In this document: one piece after another, positions 23,111 through 35,351 of the stretch
How the letters are laid out: the number at the start of each line of letters is the position of its first letter
Numbering within the stretch: position 1 is the stretch's first letter
Source of the DNA: Scenedesmus sp. PABB004
Lineage: Eukaryota
Direction of reading: 5' to 3'
NCBI GenBank assembly: GCA_014905635.1
Contig: CM026547.1
Location: 2,976,001-3,040,000 of the forward strand
Length of the DNA: 64,000 bases
Program-made: the position numbers and the translations under genes
Notes under the pieces: model-generated
Seen by the model: only the letters and a program-made list of their open reading frames with translations
Told to the model about the DNA's origin: nothing
Database searches by the model: none

Positions 23111-25601
23111 ATGTCCAGCGGCCGGCGGGGCAGCGGGAGCGAGTCGGGGGCGGCCGCCCAGGGTCCCCCGCCGTTCCTGACCAAGACGTGAGCCCGCCGC
23201 GGGCGCAGCGGGGCCGCAGCAGCCCACCGCGGGCCGCAGCAGCAGCACGCCCGCCCGCGGCCTCCCACGCACGCTCCCCGGCCGCAGGTACGACTTCGTG
23301 GACGACCCGTCCACGGACGCCATCGTGTCCTGGTCCCCGGACGGCCGCAGGTGCGGGCGGCAGCGGCGCGGGGGGCGGCGGTCGCCGGCGCCGCGCGCGA
23401 CCGCCGCTGCCGCGCCCATGCGCCCGGCGCCCATGCGCCCACGCGCCGCGCCGCGCAGCTTCATCGTGTGGAAGCCGCCCGAGTTCAGCCGCGACCTGCT
23501 GCCGCGGCACTTCAAGCACAACAACTTCTCCTCCTTTGTGCGGCAGCTCAACACCTACGTGCGTGCGCCGCGCCGCGCCGCGCCGCGCCGCGCCGCGCAG
23601 CGCCGCGCCTGCGCCTGGCCCACGCCGCGCCTGCGCCTGGCCCACGCCGCCCGCGCCGCGCCCCCGCCGCCCGCGCAGGGCTTCCGCAAGGTCGACCCCG
23701 ACCGCTGGGAGTTTGCGAACGACCAGTTTGTGCGCGGCCGGCGCGAGCTGCTGAAGGACATCCACCGCCGCAAGCCCACGAGCGGGCAGGCCCAGGTGCA
23801 GGCGCTCACGCCGTCGGGGCAGACCGCGATCGAGGTGCGGCGGCGGCGGCGGCCGCGGCCGCGGCCGCGGCGGCCGGCGCCGCAAGCCGCGCTCGTGGCG
23901 CGGGCGGCGCGGCGCGGCGCCACGGGCGGCGCCGCGATGCCGCGCCTGCGCCGCGCCGCGCAGCTGGGGCACTTTGGCGGCGTGCACGATGAGATTGACT
24001 CCCTCAAGCGCGACAAGAACGTGCTCATGCTGGAGCTGGTCCGCCTGCGCCAGCAGCAGCAGGTGCGCGCGCGCGGGCCGGCGGCGAGCGCAGGCCGGCG
24101 GCGGGCGGGCGGGCCGGCGGCGGGCGGGCGGGCAGCGGCCGTGGCGCGCGCGCGGCGCGTCGCCAACCCCGCCGCCGCCGCCGCCGCCGCGCGCGCGCAG
24201 GCGCGCGGACCAGCGCATGCGCGACATGCACGAGCGGCTGGAGGCGACGGAGGAGCGGCAGAACACCATCGTCAGCTTCCTGGCGCGCGTGGCGCAGAAC
24301 CCCACGGTGCTGCAGCAGATGGTGTCGGTCGCGCAGAGCGCCGGCCTGACGCGCCTGAGCAGCCGCAGCGGAGGTGCGCGCGCCGCGCCGGCCCGCCCCG
24401 CGCCCCGCCGCCGGGCCGCGCGGCGCGCGGCGCGCGGCGGCGCGGCGCCGACGCTCGCGCGCGCCCGCCCCCTCCCGCGGTCGCCCGCCGCCGCAGCGCG
24501 CAAGAAGCGGCGCGGGCACAGCGGCGACGACCCCGACGAGTGCAGCGGCGTGCCGCCGGAGCAGAACCCCGGGCAGATCATCCAGTACCTCCCCACCAAC
24601 GGTGACTTCCCTGACGCCTTCCTGCGCAGCCTCGCGCAGACGCTGCCGCCCGGCGACACGCCGCCAGACTTTGAGGCGGCCTTTGGCGGCCTGCAGCTCG
24701 GCGCCGGCCAGGTGTGCGCCGCGCCACGCCGCGACCGCTCATTGCCGCCGCCGCCGCCGCCGCCGCCGCCGCCCTGTCCCGCTGTGCGCGTGCCCCCCGT
24801 TGCGTGTGCGTGTGCGTGGCGTGCACCCCCAGTGTTTGGGGCCCGCACCACGACACAAGACCTGGCAGACATCCAGGCCGCGACGCGCCTGCTGGCAGCG
24901 CAGCACTTGACAGACCCCGCAGCATTGCAGCAGCAGCAGGTGCAGTGTTGACGCAGACCCCCGAAGCACCCGCCGCGCGCCCGCGCCCACGCTGCCCGGC
25001 GCTGCCCGCGCGCTGCAGGGCCTGGGCGAGCCGTCGGTGATGATCCAGGAGCAGCCAGCGACCTCGTTCGGCAGCGGCGTGCCCGTCGTCGGTGAGCGGC
25101 CGCGCGCCGGCGGTCCCCTCGGCGCGCGGGCTCGCCGCGCCGGTGCGCCGCGCGCGCCGCCCCGCCCGCGCGAGCTGAGCACTGCGCCGTGCCGTGCCGC
25201 GCCGCGCCGCGCCGCGCCAGGCCTGGACGGCACCATCACGCCCATCGACGCGGCCGGCGAGGGCCCGTATGGCCACGGCCCCGACCTCGACGCCGCGGCC
25301 GCGGCAGCGGCGGAGTGCGGGCTGGCGCCGCTGCCCCTGTACGACGCGGGCGGCTACGCGGCGCTGCTCAGCGACGCGGGCGGGGCGGAGCCGGCGGGGC
25401 AGGACTTCCTGCAGACCACCACCATCACGGAGGTGCCCTCCCTCACGCCGCCGGGCGGCGGCGGCGCGCTGCCGCGCGCGCCGATGGCCGCCGGCGCGAC
25501 GACCGTCGTCGCGCCGGGGGGCACGTCCACGACGGCGCACGGCCGGCGCGGCAGCGGCGCCGGCCCGGCCGCGCTGCCGGGCGCGCGCGGCAGCAGCAGC
25601 A

Positions 25602-25638
<37 letters not shown>

Positions 25639-25992
25639 GGGCGGCGGCGAGGACGTGGACATGGTTGGCATGGGTGACATCCTTCAGGGCCTGAGCACCA
25701 TGAACAGCGCGGAGCTCATGATGACGGACGACCTCTCCAAGGAGGACCTCTGGGACATGCTCTTCGGCGGCGCGGCCGGCGGCGGCGGCGCGGGCGCGGC
25801 CGGCGGCGCGGGCGCGGCCGGCTTTGCGGTGCAGCCCCCGGCGGCGACGGCCTCGGCGGCCTGCCCGCCGCCGGCGGCGGGCAGCCCGGCAGCCCGTCGC
25901 TGCCGCCGCTGGACGCGGCGGGGCTCGGCCCCGCCACCGACCCCGCCGCGCTGGCGGCGGTCCCGGTCGCGCTGCCTGGCGAGCAGCAGTGA
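23111..25992 (+). CDS. HSF1: Heat shock transcription factor, class A-like
   Basis: DNA-binding domain [90 protein letters not shown]-like DLWDMLF. The 3' end is uncertain (25992 with a frameshift, 26131 as read). Confidence 0.9.
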
Positions 25993-26534
25993 GCTGGCGG
26001 CGGGGTGGGCGCGGCGTGCCCACGGCGGAGCCAGGGCCGCCGGGCCAGGGCCGCCGGGCCGAGCCGGCCCCGCCGTCAGCGCTCACGCGCGGAGTGGGGC
26101 CACCACGTCGCCGGCGGCTGTGCATGCATGACGCAGGGCTGTCGTCGGGGGCGCGCGGTTGGGAGGGATGCAGGCTGGCCGATTCGTCCAAGCGGGTATT
26201 GTGAGAGCGTTTGCGTGAGTGCCGATTGCCTCGCGCGCCGGTGTCGTGCGGCCAGGACCGCTGGGTGCTCACACGCGCAGCGTGTACCGCGCGAGTTGAC
26301 GGGCGCGTGCGGTCAAAGCCCCGATGAACCGCGTGCGCGCTCGAATCCGCCGACCGCCGCCGCGCGCGCGCGCCGCCCGCAGCAGCAGCTCCGGCCGATC
26401 GCGCAGTCCGCCGACGCGAGCGCCCGCGGCCTCGGGATCGATCGCGCAGGGCGATGGGGGGCGGCTGCCGGAGCTGAGGCAGGGGGGCCCTGCGGCCAGC
26501 AGGCCGCCCGCAGGCTCACGGCAGCGGCTTGAGC

Positions 26535-29500
26535 ATGCGTTCGGGCATGCTTCTGGCGTGGGCGCTCGCTCTGGGGGCGGTCGCGGCCGGCAGCGGCTCG
26601 GCGGAGCAGCAGGCCGCGCCGCCGCTGCTCGCGGGCCGCTGGCTCGACCAGGGCGTCACGCTGGCGCCCGACGGCGGCGACACCGCGGACGCCACGGCCA
26701 GCTGCAGCTCGCAGGACGTGGCGTGGGCGGAGCTGGACGGCCTCGCGCTGCCGAGCGCCGCCAGCTTCACGCTGGTCGCTGCAGTCGCCCTGCCGCCCGT
26801 GGCGGCGGGGCTGCCGTCGCCTGCCGACAGCGCGCTGCTGGGCTTCGCCGGCGTCAGCCTGTCTGTCAACCGGGCTCAGGGTGCGCGCCGCGCCCGCAGG
26901 CGGCGGCTGGTCAGCGCACGACGCGCGCACGACGCGCGCCGCCGCCGCCGCCCGCAGGCTGGCTGGTGCTGTCCACGGCGGCCGGCGCGGCGCGGTTCCC
27001 GCTGCCGGTGGCGAGCTCGTTTGCCGTCTCGGTGGCCGTGGCTGCGGCCGCGCCGGGCGCCGGCGGGGCGTCGCTGCGGCTCTGCCTGGACCTGGCGTGC
27101 CCCGCGCCGCTCAGCGTGAGTGGGTGTGCGAGGGACCCCGCCGCCGCGAGCGCGGCAGCGCCGCGCGCACGCCCCGACGCCGCCCTGCGCCGCCGTGCGC
27201 AGGTGTCCGGGCTTGACCTGGTCAACGGTAGCAGCTGGCTGCTGCTTGCCAGCAACGCCTCCGACGGCCCTGCCCTCTGCAGCGTCACGCTGGGCAGCAG
27301 GGCCGGCGCCGGCGCAGCGGCGGGGGTCGGGGGCCTGTGGGTCTTTCCGGCGGCGCTGGCGATGGACGCGCTGGAGCCGCCGCCGCCGTCGATGGCCGAC
27401 TTTCTGGAGCGCGCCACCGCGCCGCCGCGCGCGGCGCCAGCGATCGCGCTGGACGCCGGCGGCGCCGCGCCGGACGCGCTGGTGGTCGGCGTGCCGGCGC
27501 GGCTGTCGGTCAGCGCGACCGCGCCGGACGCGCCACTGGGCCTCAAGCTGCGGCTCACATTCTTTGGCGTCGCCCCCAGGTGAGAGAGAGGGGGCGGCCG
27601 CGGGGGCTGGCGCGCGTGCGCTGCGCCGGCGCGGCCCTCTCAGCCGCCCCGCCCCGCCCCGCAGCGACTGCCAGCTGCCCGGCTGCGGCGACTTGGTGGC
27701 GGAGTTTGCCGCCGCCGGCGCCGCCGTGCAGGGCGCGCAGACCGCGACGATCCGCCGCGCGGGCCGGTGCGCGGGGCCGGCAGCCGGGCCGCGCGGCGCT
27801 GCTGGCTGCCGCGTGCGCGCGGCGCCGCTGCCGACGCCGACCGCGCGCGCCGCCTGCGCCGCGCGCGCCGCGTGCAGCTACGTCCTGCGCGCGCACGCGA
27901 GCGACGGCCTGGGCGGCTGGGCGGCGCGCGACGTGGAGCTGCTCGTGCGCAAGGCGGGCGACGTGGCGCGCGCCGCGCCGTGCTGCCGCGCGACGTCCAT
28001 GATCGTGGCGCAGCAGCTCGGCCGGCCGATCGACCCCGCGGCCTTCCGCCCCGCCTGGCTCAACGTCTCCGCGCCGTCCGTGGGCTGGGACTGGGGCTAC
28101 CTGCTGGGCCCGGAGGACCTCGAGGCGGAGCGGCTCTTTGACTACGGCCTGCTCGCGCCCACGTCGTCGGGTGCGGCGCGACCCGGGGGGGGGGGGGGGG
28201 GGCGGCGCAGCGCGGGCCACCCCACCGCGGCGCGCCGCCGCCGCCGACGCGCCCCGCGGCGCGCTGCCGGCGCCCCGCGCGCAGGCCCGCTGGCGACGCT
28301 GAGCTGCGCCGACCGCTTCCTCGCGGGCGCGGGCTCGCCACGCGTGTGGGGCGTGGCCGTGGGCGGCGGCATCGGCGCGGACAGCAACCAGGGGCACGCC
28401 AAGCGCGTCGCCATCCTGCCGCAGGGCTTTGCCTGGGCCGCCAGCCCCGGCCCCGGCTGGGCGCAGCCGCTGCCGGCGTGCGTGACGGACTGGACGCCCT
28501 GGGTCGCGTCCGCGCCGTACGGGCGGCCGATGCCCAACAGCCACATGATGTCGTGCGCCTTCACGTGCACGCCCGAGGGCGCGCGGCAGCTCGTGACGCA
28601 GGCGGGCACATATGACCGCTGGGCCGAGGCGGTGATCGAGAACAGCTACGGCGCGCTCAGCCTCACGCCCGACCCGCTCGTGCTGCCCACGGTCTACATG
28701 CCCCAGGGCGCGGCGCCCGGGCAGAGCGCGTTTGCCTACAGTGAGGCGCCGATCGAGGCGCACCTGGCGGGCCTCGGCTACGACCTGCGCGCAGACTTCC
28801 ACACCCTGCTGGTGGGGGCGCGGCGCGGCGCCGCAGGCCTGCCGCTGGGCGGCGCGCGCTGAGCGCGCCGTGCGCCGCGCCGCGCCAGGTGCTGTCGCCG
28901 CTGCCGCGCTTCGTCAACCCTGGCAACACCGCCTGGGCCAACGCCGGGGGGTCGCCGCTCATGTTTGTGATGCGCTGCAGCCCCCAGGTCGCGAGCGCGA
29001 CGCTGGCGCCGCCGCTGGGCGCCCGCGCGCGCGGCCGCCGCACCGCCGACCGCGCCGCTGCGACGCTCACCGCCGGCCGCGCCGCTGCGGCGCCGCGCCG
29101 CGCAGCACTACTACCTGGTGCATGAGTTTGGGCACCGCGTGGGCCAGACGCACGCGACGGTGTTCAGGCTCGACGCGAGCGCCGACGCGCAGGTGCGGGT
29201 GCCGGCCAGGGCAGGCGCCGAGCGGCGCTGCACGGCGCCGAGCCCGCCGCCGCGCGACGCCGCCACGACACCACGCCGCCGCCGCGCCCGCCGCCGCGCC
29301 AGCCGCCCACGTCGCCGCTGGGCCCGGGCGTGATGGAAGACACCTACAGCGACCGCCTGGACATCATGGCCTGCTGCAAGGGCGACTATAGCTTGCACAA
29401 CCGGTGCGGCGAGGGCTCCCAGCCGCAGGCCCCTCCCGGCGGCCCGGCGGCCGCCCGCCGACCGGCCGCGCAACCGCCGCCGACGCGCCGCCGGCGCAGG

Positions 29501-32500
29501 ATCCTGTCCGGCTGGGTGCCGGGCGCCGAGCGCGTCACGCTGGGCCTCGCCGACGTCGCGCCGCGACCCGCCGCCGAGGGTGGCGCCGCGGCGGCGCCGC
29601 CGGTGGTGCGGCGCTACAGCCTGTGGCCGTACGACCGCGCCGAGAGCAAGGGCCGCCTGCGCGGCGTGACGCTGCGCTTGGAGGACGGCAAGGTGCTCAC
29701 GCTGGGATACAGGTGCGGCGGCGGTGGTGGCGGCATGGCAGGGAGGCAGCCAGGCCGGCGGCACGAGGGCGCGCCGGCCGGCGCGCGCCGACCGGCCGCG
29801 GGCGTGGCGCGCGCAGGTCGACGCCGTTTTGGCAGGACGTGCGCATCGAGGCGCCCTCCGCCTCCTCGGACACGCGGCAGCTGCGCCCCGAGCACATGCG
29901 CAGCAACGTGGCGGGCCTGTCGGTCGAGTACAGCAAGCGATACCTTGACGCTGCGGGTGGGCGACGCCCCGCGCCACCGCGCCGCCTCCGCCCCGCGCGG
30001 CCGCAGCGCAGCCCTGGCTGGCTCAGCTGCCGCCGCCGCCGCCCTCGCAGGCGCGGCGACGTGGTCGGTCCGAGGACTGCTGGACTTCAACCTCGCGTTT
30101 GGCCGCTGGCCCGACGCGCTGCCGCCCCGGCCCGGCGCCTACCCGGCCGACCCGCCCGGCGCGGCGTTCACGCTGCTGCGCGAGGGCGACGCCTGGCTGG
30201 ACGAGGAGCACAACCTGATGCTCGCCGTCGAGCGCGTCGCGCCCTGCGCCGACCCGCCGCTGGTGCGGCGGCAGGGGCGCGCCGCGCAGCGCCGCGCCGC
30301 GCCGGCCGGGGGCCTCACCCCCCCCCCCCCCCCTCGTGGCCGCGCACCTCGCCAGGTGCCCGTGCACCGCTACGGCGCGTACAACTTTTACGGCTTCCGC
30401 GGCGAGGCGCCCGGCGAGGAGGCGCCCGCGCGGTCCGACTACACTGGCTTTGCCGCCGGCATCGCCTGCCTCGGCCTGCGCGTCGTGACGGGCGTGTCGC
30501 GCGCGCCCGGCACCCTCGACGTGCGCGTGCGCATGCAGGGCCTGGACGCCCAGAACCGCCTGGTGCTGGGCGGCGCGCAGGTGCGCGCGCGGCGCGGGCG
30601 GCGCGGCCGCGCTGCGGCCCCGCCCGCCCGGCCCACCCTCGCCGCGGCGCCGCGCAGTGCGGCTTCCCCGTGCGCCCGCGGCTGGCGCTGGTGGTGCCGT
30701 CTGGCGTGGAGCTCATCTCGGTGGTGTGGCGGGACAACCTCAACCGCACCGTCGCGCTGGACGCGACAGCGGTCGACCTGCCGCCCCTCGCGCCGCTCGC
30801 CGGCGCATCGGCGACCGGCGCGGACCGCTGCAACGCCGGCTGCGACTGGCGCTACCACGTGCGGCCGCGCCCCGCGACCAGCGCGCCGCCCCGCGCCCTG
30901 CGCCGCTGTCCCTGCTGCCCCCAGCTCGCTGCCGCCGCCTTGGCCGCCGCCGCCGCCGTGCAGGTCAAGGTGCTGGCCGCCGACGGCGCGCAGACGCAGG
31001 CGGACATCACGCTCGGCAGCGCGTCGGCCAGCCTGCTGAGCATGGACGTGGCATACTCATACTACCTGCGCCGCGCCATCCTCACGCGCGACGAGAGCCA
31101 CAGCATCCCCGTCGTGCCGCTGCCGCCGGCGGGGCCGACGGCGGCGCAGGGCCGGCAGCTGCTGGCGGCGCCGACGCCGCTCGACGCGCTGGCGGAGCAG
31201 GTGGGCGGCCGCTGGCCGGGGCCCTCCCTCGCGGCGGCCACGCCGCCTCCCTCCCTGCCTCCGCCGCCGCTCACCGGCGCTGCGCGCCGTCGGCCGCCGC
31301 AGCCCTTTGCCGCCGGCGCACTGCCCGACTTCTCCTGCAGCCGGCAGTGGACGGTCTCCCTCAACCTGCGCGTGCCCGCCACTGCGCTCACGCCGCCCAG
31401 CAGCACACTGCTGCTCAGGGTGCAGGGCGCAGACGGCGCGTCGGGCGGGCCGGGGTGGCCCGCGGTCTTCCTGCGTGCCTCGCCCGCCGGCGCGTCGCTC
31501 GTGGTGCAGTGGGGCGCCGCCGCCGCGCGCGCCAGCCGGGAGCAGGCGGTGGCCGGGCCCAAGGCGGGCGCGCTCACGCACGTGGCGGTCGTGCGCGACG
31601 GCAGCCGGCTGGGCGTGTGGGCGGACAGCGATGGCGGCTGGCTGATCGACGACGTCGGCTGCGTACCCGCGAGCGCGGACGTCACGTATTGCACGGTGCC
31701 GCGGCCGGGGGCGGCCACCACCAGCTTCGGCATGCTGCGGTGCGCCCGCCGGCGCCACCCGCCCCGCGGCGCCGCGCCAGCGGGCCGCCCGCCCACGCGC
31801 AAGCGCGCGCGCGCGCCACCGCCGCCCCGCGCAGGCTGGGCGAGGCCGGCGGCGCGAGCGGCATCAGCGTGGAGAGCGCGCGCGTGTACAACTACGCGCT
31901 GCCGCGCCTCAGCCTGGCCAGGGAGGCGCTGTGCGCGGACGAGGGCACGTGCGGCCGCTTCCTCGTCGCGGGCTGGGCGCCGCCGCCGCCGTCCGACGTG
32001 CCGCCGGGCACCATCAGCTCGGCGGGCGCGGCGCCGGACGTCCCTGCGACGGCCATCACCCTGGCCAGCGGCGCCTTCTACCTGCGGGTGCGGGGCGCAG
32101 CACGCGCTGCAGCCGCCGGGCCGGCCTCCCCCAGCCCTCCCGCCCCCAAGCTCAATCACTGACCGCTGGCGCGGCCACACGCCTGTGCCGGCCGGGCGCA
32201 GGTCGGGCCCTGGAGCGCGTGCAGCGCGCGCTGCGGCGGCGGCTGGGCGACGCGCGACGTGCGGTGCATGAAGCTCGGCGCCACGGCGGGCGCGCCGGTG
32301 TCAGAGGTCCCCCTCGAGGAGTGCCCGCTCGGTGCGACGGCCAGCAGGGCCCGCACCCAGCCGCTGACGGCGGGCTGGCGCCACTGGGCCTGGGGACGGC
32401 GGGCTGGTGCCGCCGCTCACGTGCCCTGCTTGCTGCACGCGCCGCAGGCGAGGAGGCACCGTTCAGCTCCAGGCGATGCAACACCGCCGCGTGCCCCCAG

Positions 32501-35290
32501 CACGCGCTGCAGCTGCTCGCCGCCAGCAGCAGTGCGTGCGGGCGCGGCTGCCAGCAAGCGGGCGGCGCGAGCGACGATGCGCAGCTGGTGTGCCTCAACA
32601 GTCTGGGGTGAGTCGCGCGGCACCGCCTGAGGCTGCAGTCCGCCTGCGCCCGCACTCACACCGGCCCGCGCTCACCGCCCCGCTGCCCGCGGCGCGCCGC
32701 ACCCGCAGGCAGCCGCAGCCGCTGGGGCAGTGCTGCCAGCTGTGCAACAGCAGCACCTCGGACTGGGCGGCCATCCCGTTTGCCGCCTCTGTCGCTGCAC
32801 TCCTGGACCCGCGCCACGCGCGCCTCGGCGCCAGCGTCAGGTCGCTGGAGCCGCCCACGGGCAGCGTTCCCGGCGCCAACGCCACCCTGGGCGACGTGCT
32901 CGCGGGCGGCGGTCTCGCGACCACCTGTGGCAGCGGCGCGTGCGGCAGCGGCGCGGTGCAGTGGCGCCTGGGCGCGTGGGGCGCCTGCAGCCGGGGCTGC
33001 GACGGCGGCACCCGGGCGCGGGGCGCCGTGTGTGTGGACGCAGGCACGGGCGCCGCCGTGTCCGAGGCGCTGTGCACCAGCGCGCTGGGGCCGCCGGCCG
33101 CCGACCTGCTCGCCGCCCCCTGCGGGAGCAGGCCGTGCAGGCTCCTCACTTGGCAGGTGGGGTGGCGGCGCCCTGCCGCCAGCGCGCCGCCAGGGCACTG
33201 CCGTGCGCGCGCTCACGCCCCGCGTGGCCCGCCGGCCGCGCAGGTGGGCTCCTGGAGCACGTGCAGCGGGGACGCAGCGTTTGGCGCGAGCAGCCGGGCG
33301 GTCACGTGCGTCGACGGCGCCGGCGCCGTCGCGGTCGACGCCGACGGGGCCGCCCAGTGCGGCGCACCGCCGCCGGCGACGGCCGCGGTCTGCCTGCGGT
33401 CCTACCAGCCGAGCGTGCCGCCCGTGTGCCGGCCGGGCTTTGTGCCGGAGGCGGCGTTCGGGGGCAAGGACTGCTGGGGCGGCGGCACGTGCACGATGGC
33501 CGGCTGCAGCTGCCGCGGCGGCCGGCACGGCCAGTTCTGTGAGCTGCCGGCCAGCTGTGCGGGCGTGCACGACGCCGCTGAGCGCTGCTGCGCCAGCGGG
33601 CTGCTCGACGGGGGCGGCAAGTGCTGCCCCGAGGGCGCGGCGCTGGACGGCGCGGGCGCCTGCTGTGCCAGCGGCGCCGTCGACGCGTGCGGCGTGTGCG
33701 GTGGCGCGGCCTGGACGGTTGACATCACGGTGCGGCGCGCCCGACCGGGCCACGGGGGGAAAGGAAGGGGGGCAGCAGGGCGCGCCCCGGGGCGTCGCCG
33801 CGCGCGCCGCCCCTGACAGCCCCGGCGCCCCCGCTCCCTCAGGGCGCGTGCTGCGCCAGCGTGCTGGACGCGCTGGGCACGTGCTGCGCCTCGGGCGCGC
33901 TGGACGAGTGCGGCGTGTGCGACGGCGACGGCACGAGCTGCGCGCTGCAGCTCCGGCTGCTGGTGGAGCTGCCCGGCGCCACGCCGCTCCCGCCCGCCAC
34001 GGCCACCGCCGGCGAGGGCTGGCAGGCCGCGGTGCAGGCGGCGGTGCGGGCGGCGGCACCGCCAGCGTCCGCAGCGCAGCTGCGCGTCGGCAGCGTGAGC
34101 GGCGCGTGGGCCGAGGAGCCCACGAGCGACGACGCGCCGCCCGTGGCGCAGCAGGCCTTCTCGCGGCTGGCTGGGCCGGACGGCGAGCAGGCGGCGGCCG
34201 CAGGCGCCCCGTGCGGCAGCGCCACTGACCGCGAGCTCTGCCTTGCCAACCGCCACCTGCTGCAGGCCGCCGCCGCCGGCGGGAGCTGCCCGCCGGCCGA
34301 CGCGATGGCGGCGCTCGCCGCGCCGTCGCCGTCGGCAGGCGGCACCTGCGCCGGCGGACGCGCCCCGCCCAGCGGCGCCGCGCGGCGGCTGCACACGGAC
34401 GGCGACGGCGCCGTCTGGCGCGCTGCGCAGGTGGAGGTGACGCTCCTGCCGGCGCCGGGCGTCGGGCTGCTGGGCCTTGGCGCCGCGCTGGCGGCGAGCG
34501 TGGCGGGCCAGGCGGCGGCCGCCGCAGCCGGCGAGGCGACGGGCGCGGCCACGGAGGCGCGCCTGCGCCGCGTGCTGCTGGTCCAGCCCCTGGGCGTGTG
34601 CGGCAACGGGCTGTGCGAGGTGGGCGAGCGCGAGCTGCGCGACGCGGACGGCGGCGTGCTGCACGAGGCGGTGGCGCCCTGTCCCCAGGTGCGGCGTGCG
34701 TGCGCGCTCGGGTCTGGCAGGCGGGGCACAGTCCGCTCGGCCCGTCCCCCCGCCACACGCGCGCACGCGCCGCGCAGGACTGCCCGCTCAACTTCTCCAT
34801 GTGCGGCGCGCCCGTCGGCGCGGTGGGCGACGCGGCGCGCGAGTGCGGCGGCCACGGGCGCTGCGTGCGCAGCCAGGGCGTGTGCGACTGCTTTGTGGGG
34901 TGAGCGCCCGCGCCGCCGGGGCTGTGGAGCCAGGGGGCACCGCGACGGCGGCAGCGCGCGCGCGCCGCGGGCGAGCCGCCCACCCGCCCGCCACCGCCGC
35001 CGCGCTGCAGGTACACGGGCGACGCGTGCGAGCAGTGCGCGGCGGCGTTCTTCCCGCACGTGGGGCGCTGCGTGCGCCAGCTCATCGCGGGGCGCACCGT
35101 GCTGGACCCGCTGGGCCTGGAGGGCGACGAGGCGTTTGCTGGCCTTGTGTTCATCATCATTGCTGCCATCGCCGGCGCGGCGGCGCTCGCCAGCGCCGCC
35201 TGGGTCGCCTGGCGCTGGGCGGTGCACGGACGCGCGCCCAAGGCCGCGCTCGCGGCGGCGCGCGCGTGGCGCGGCCTGCGCGCCGCGCTG

Positions 35291-35351
<61 letters not shown>

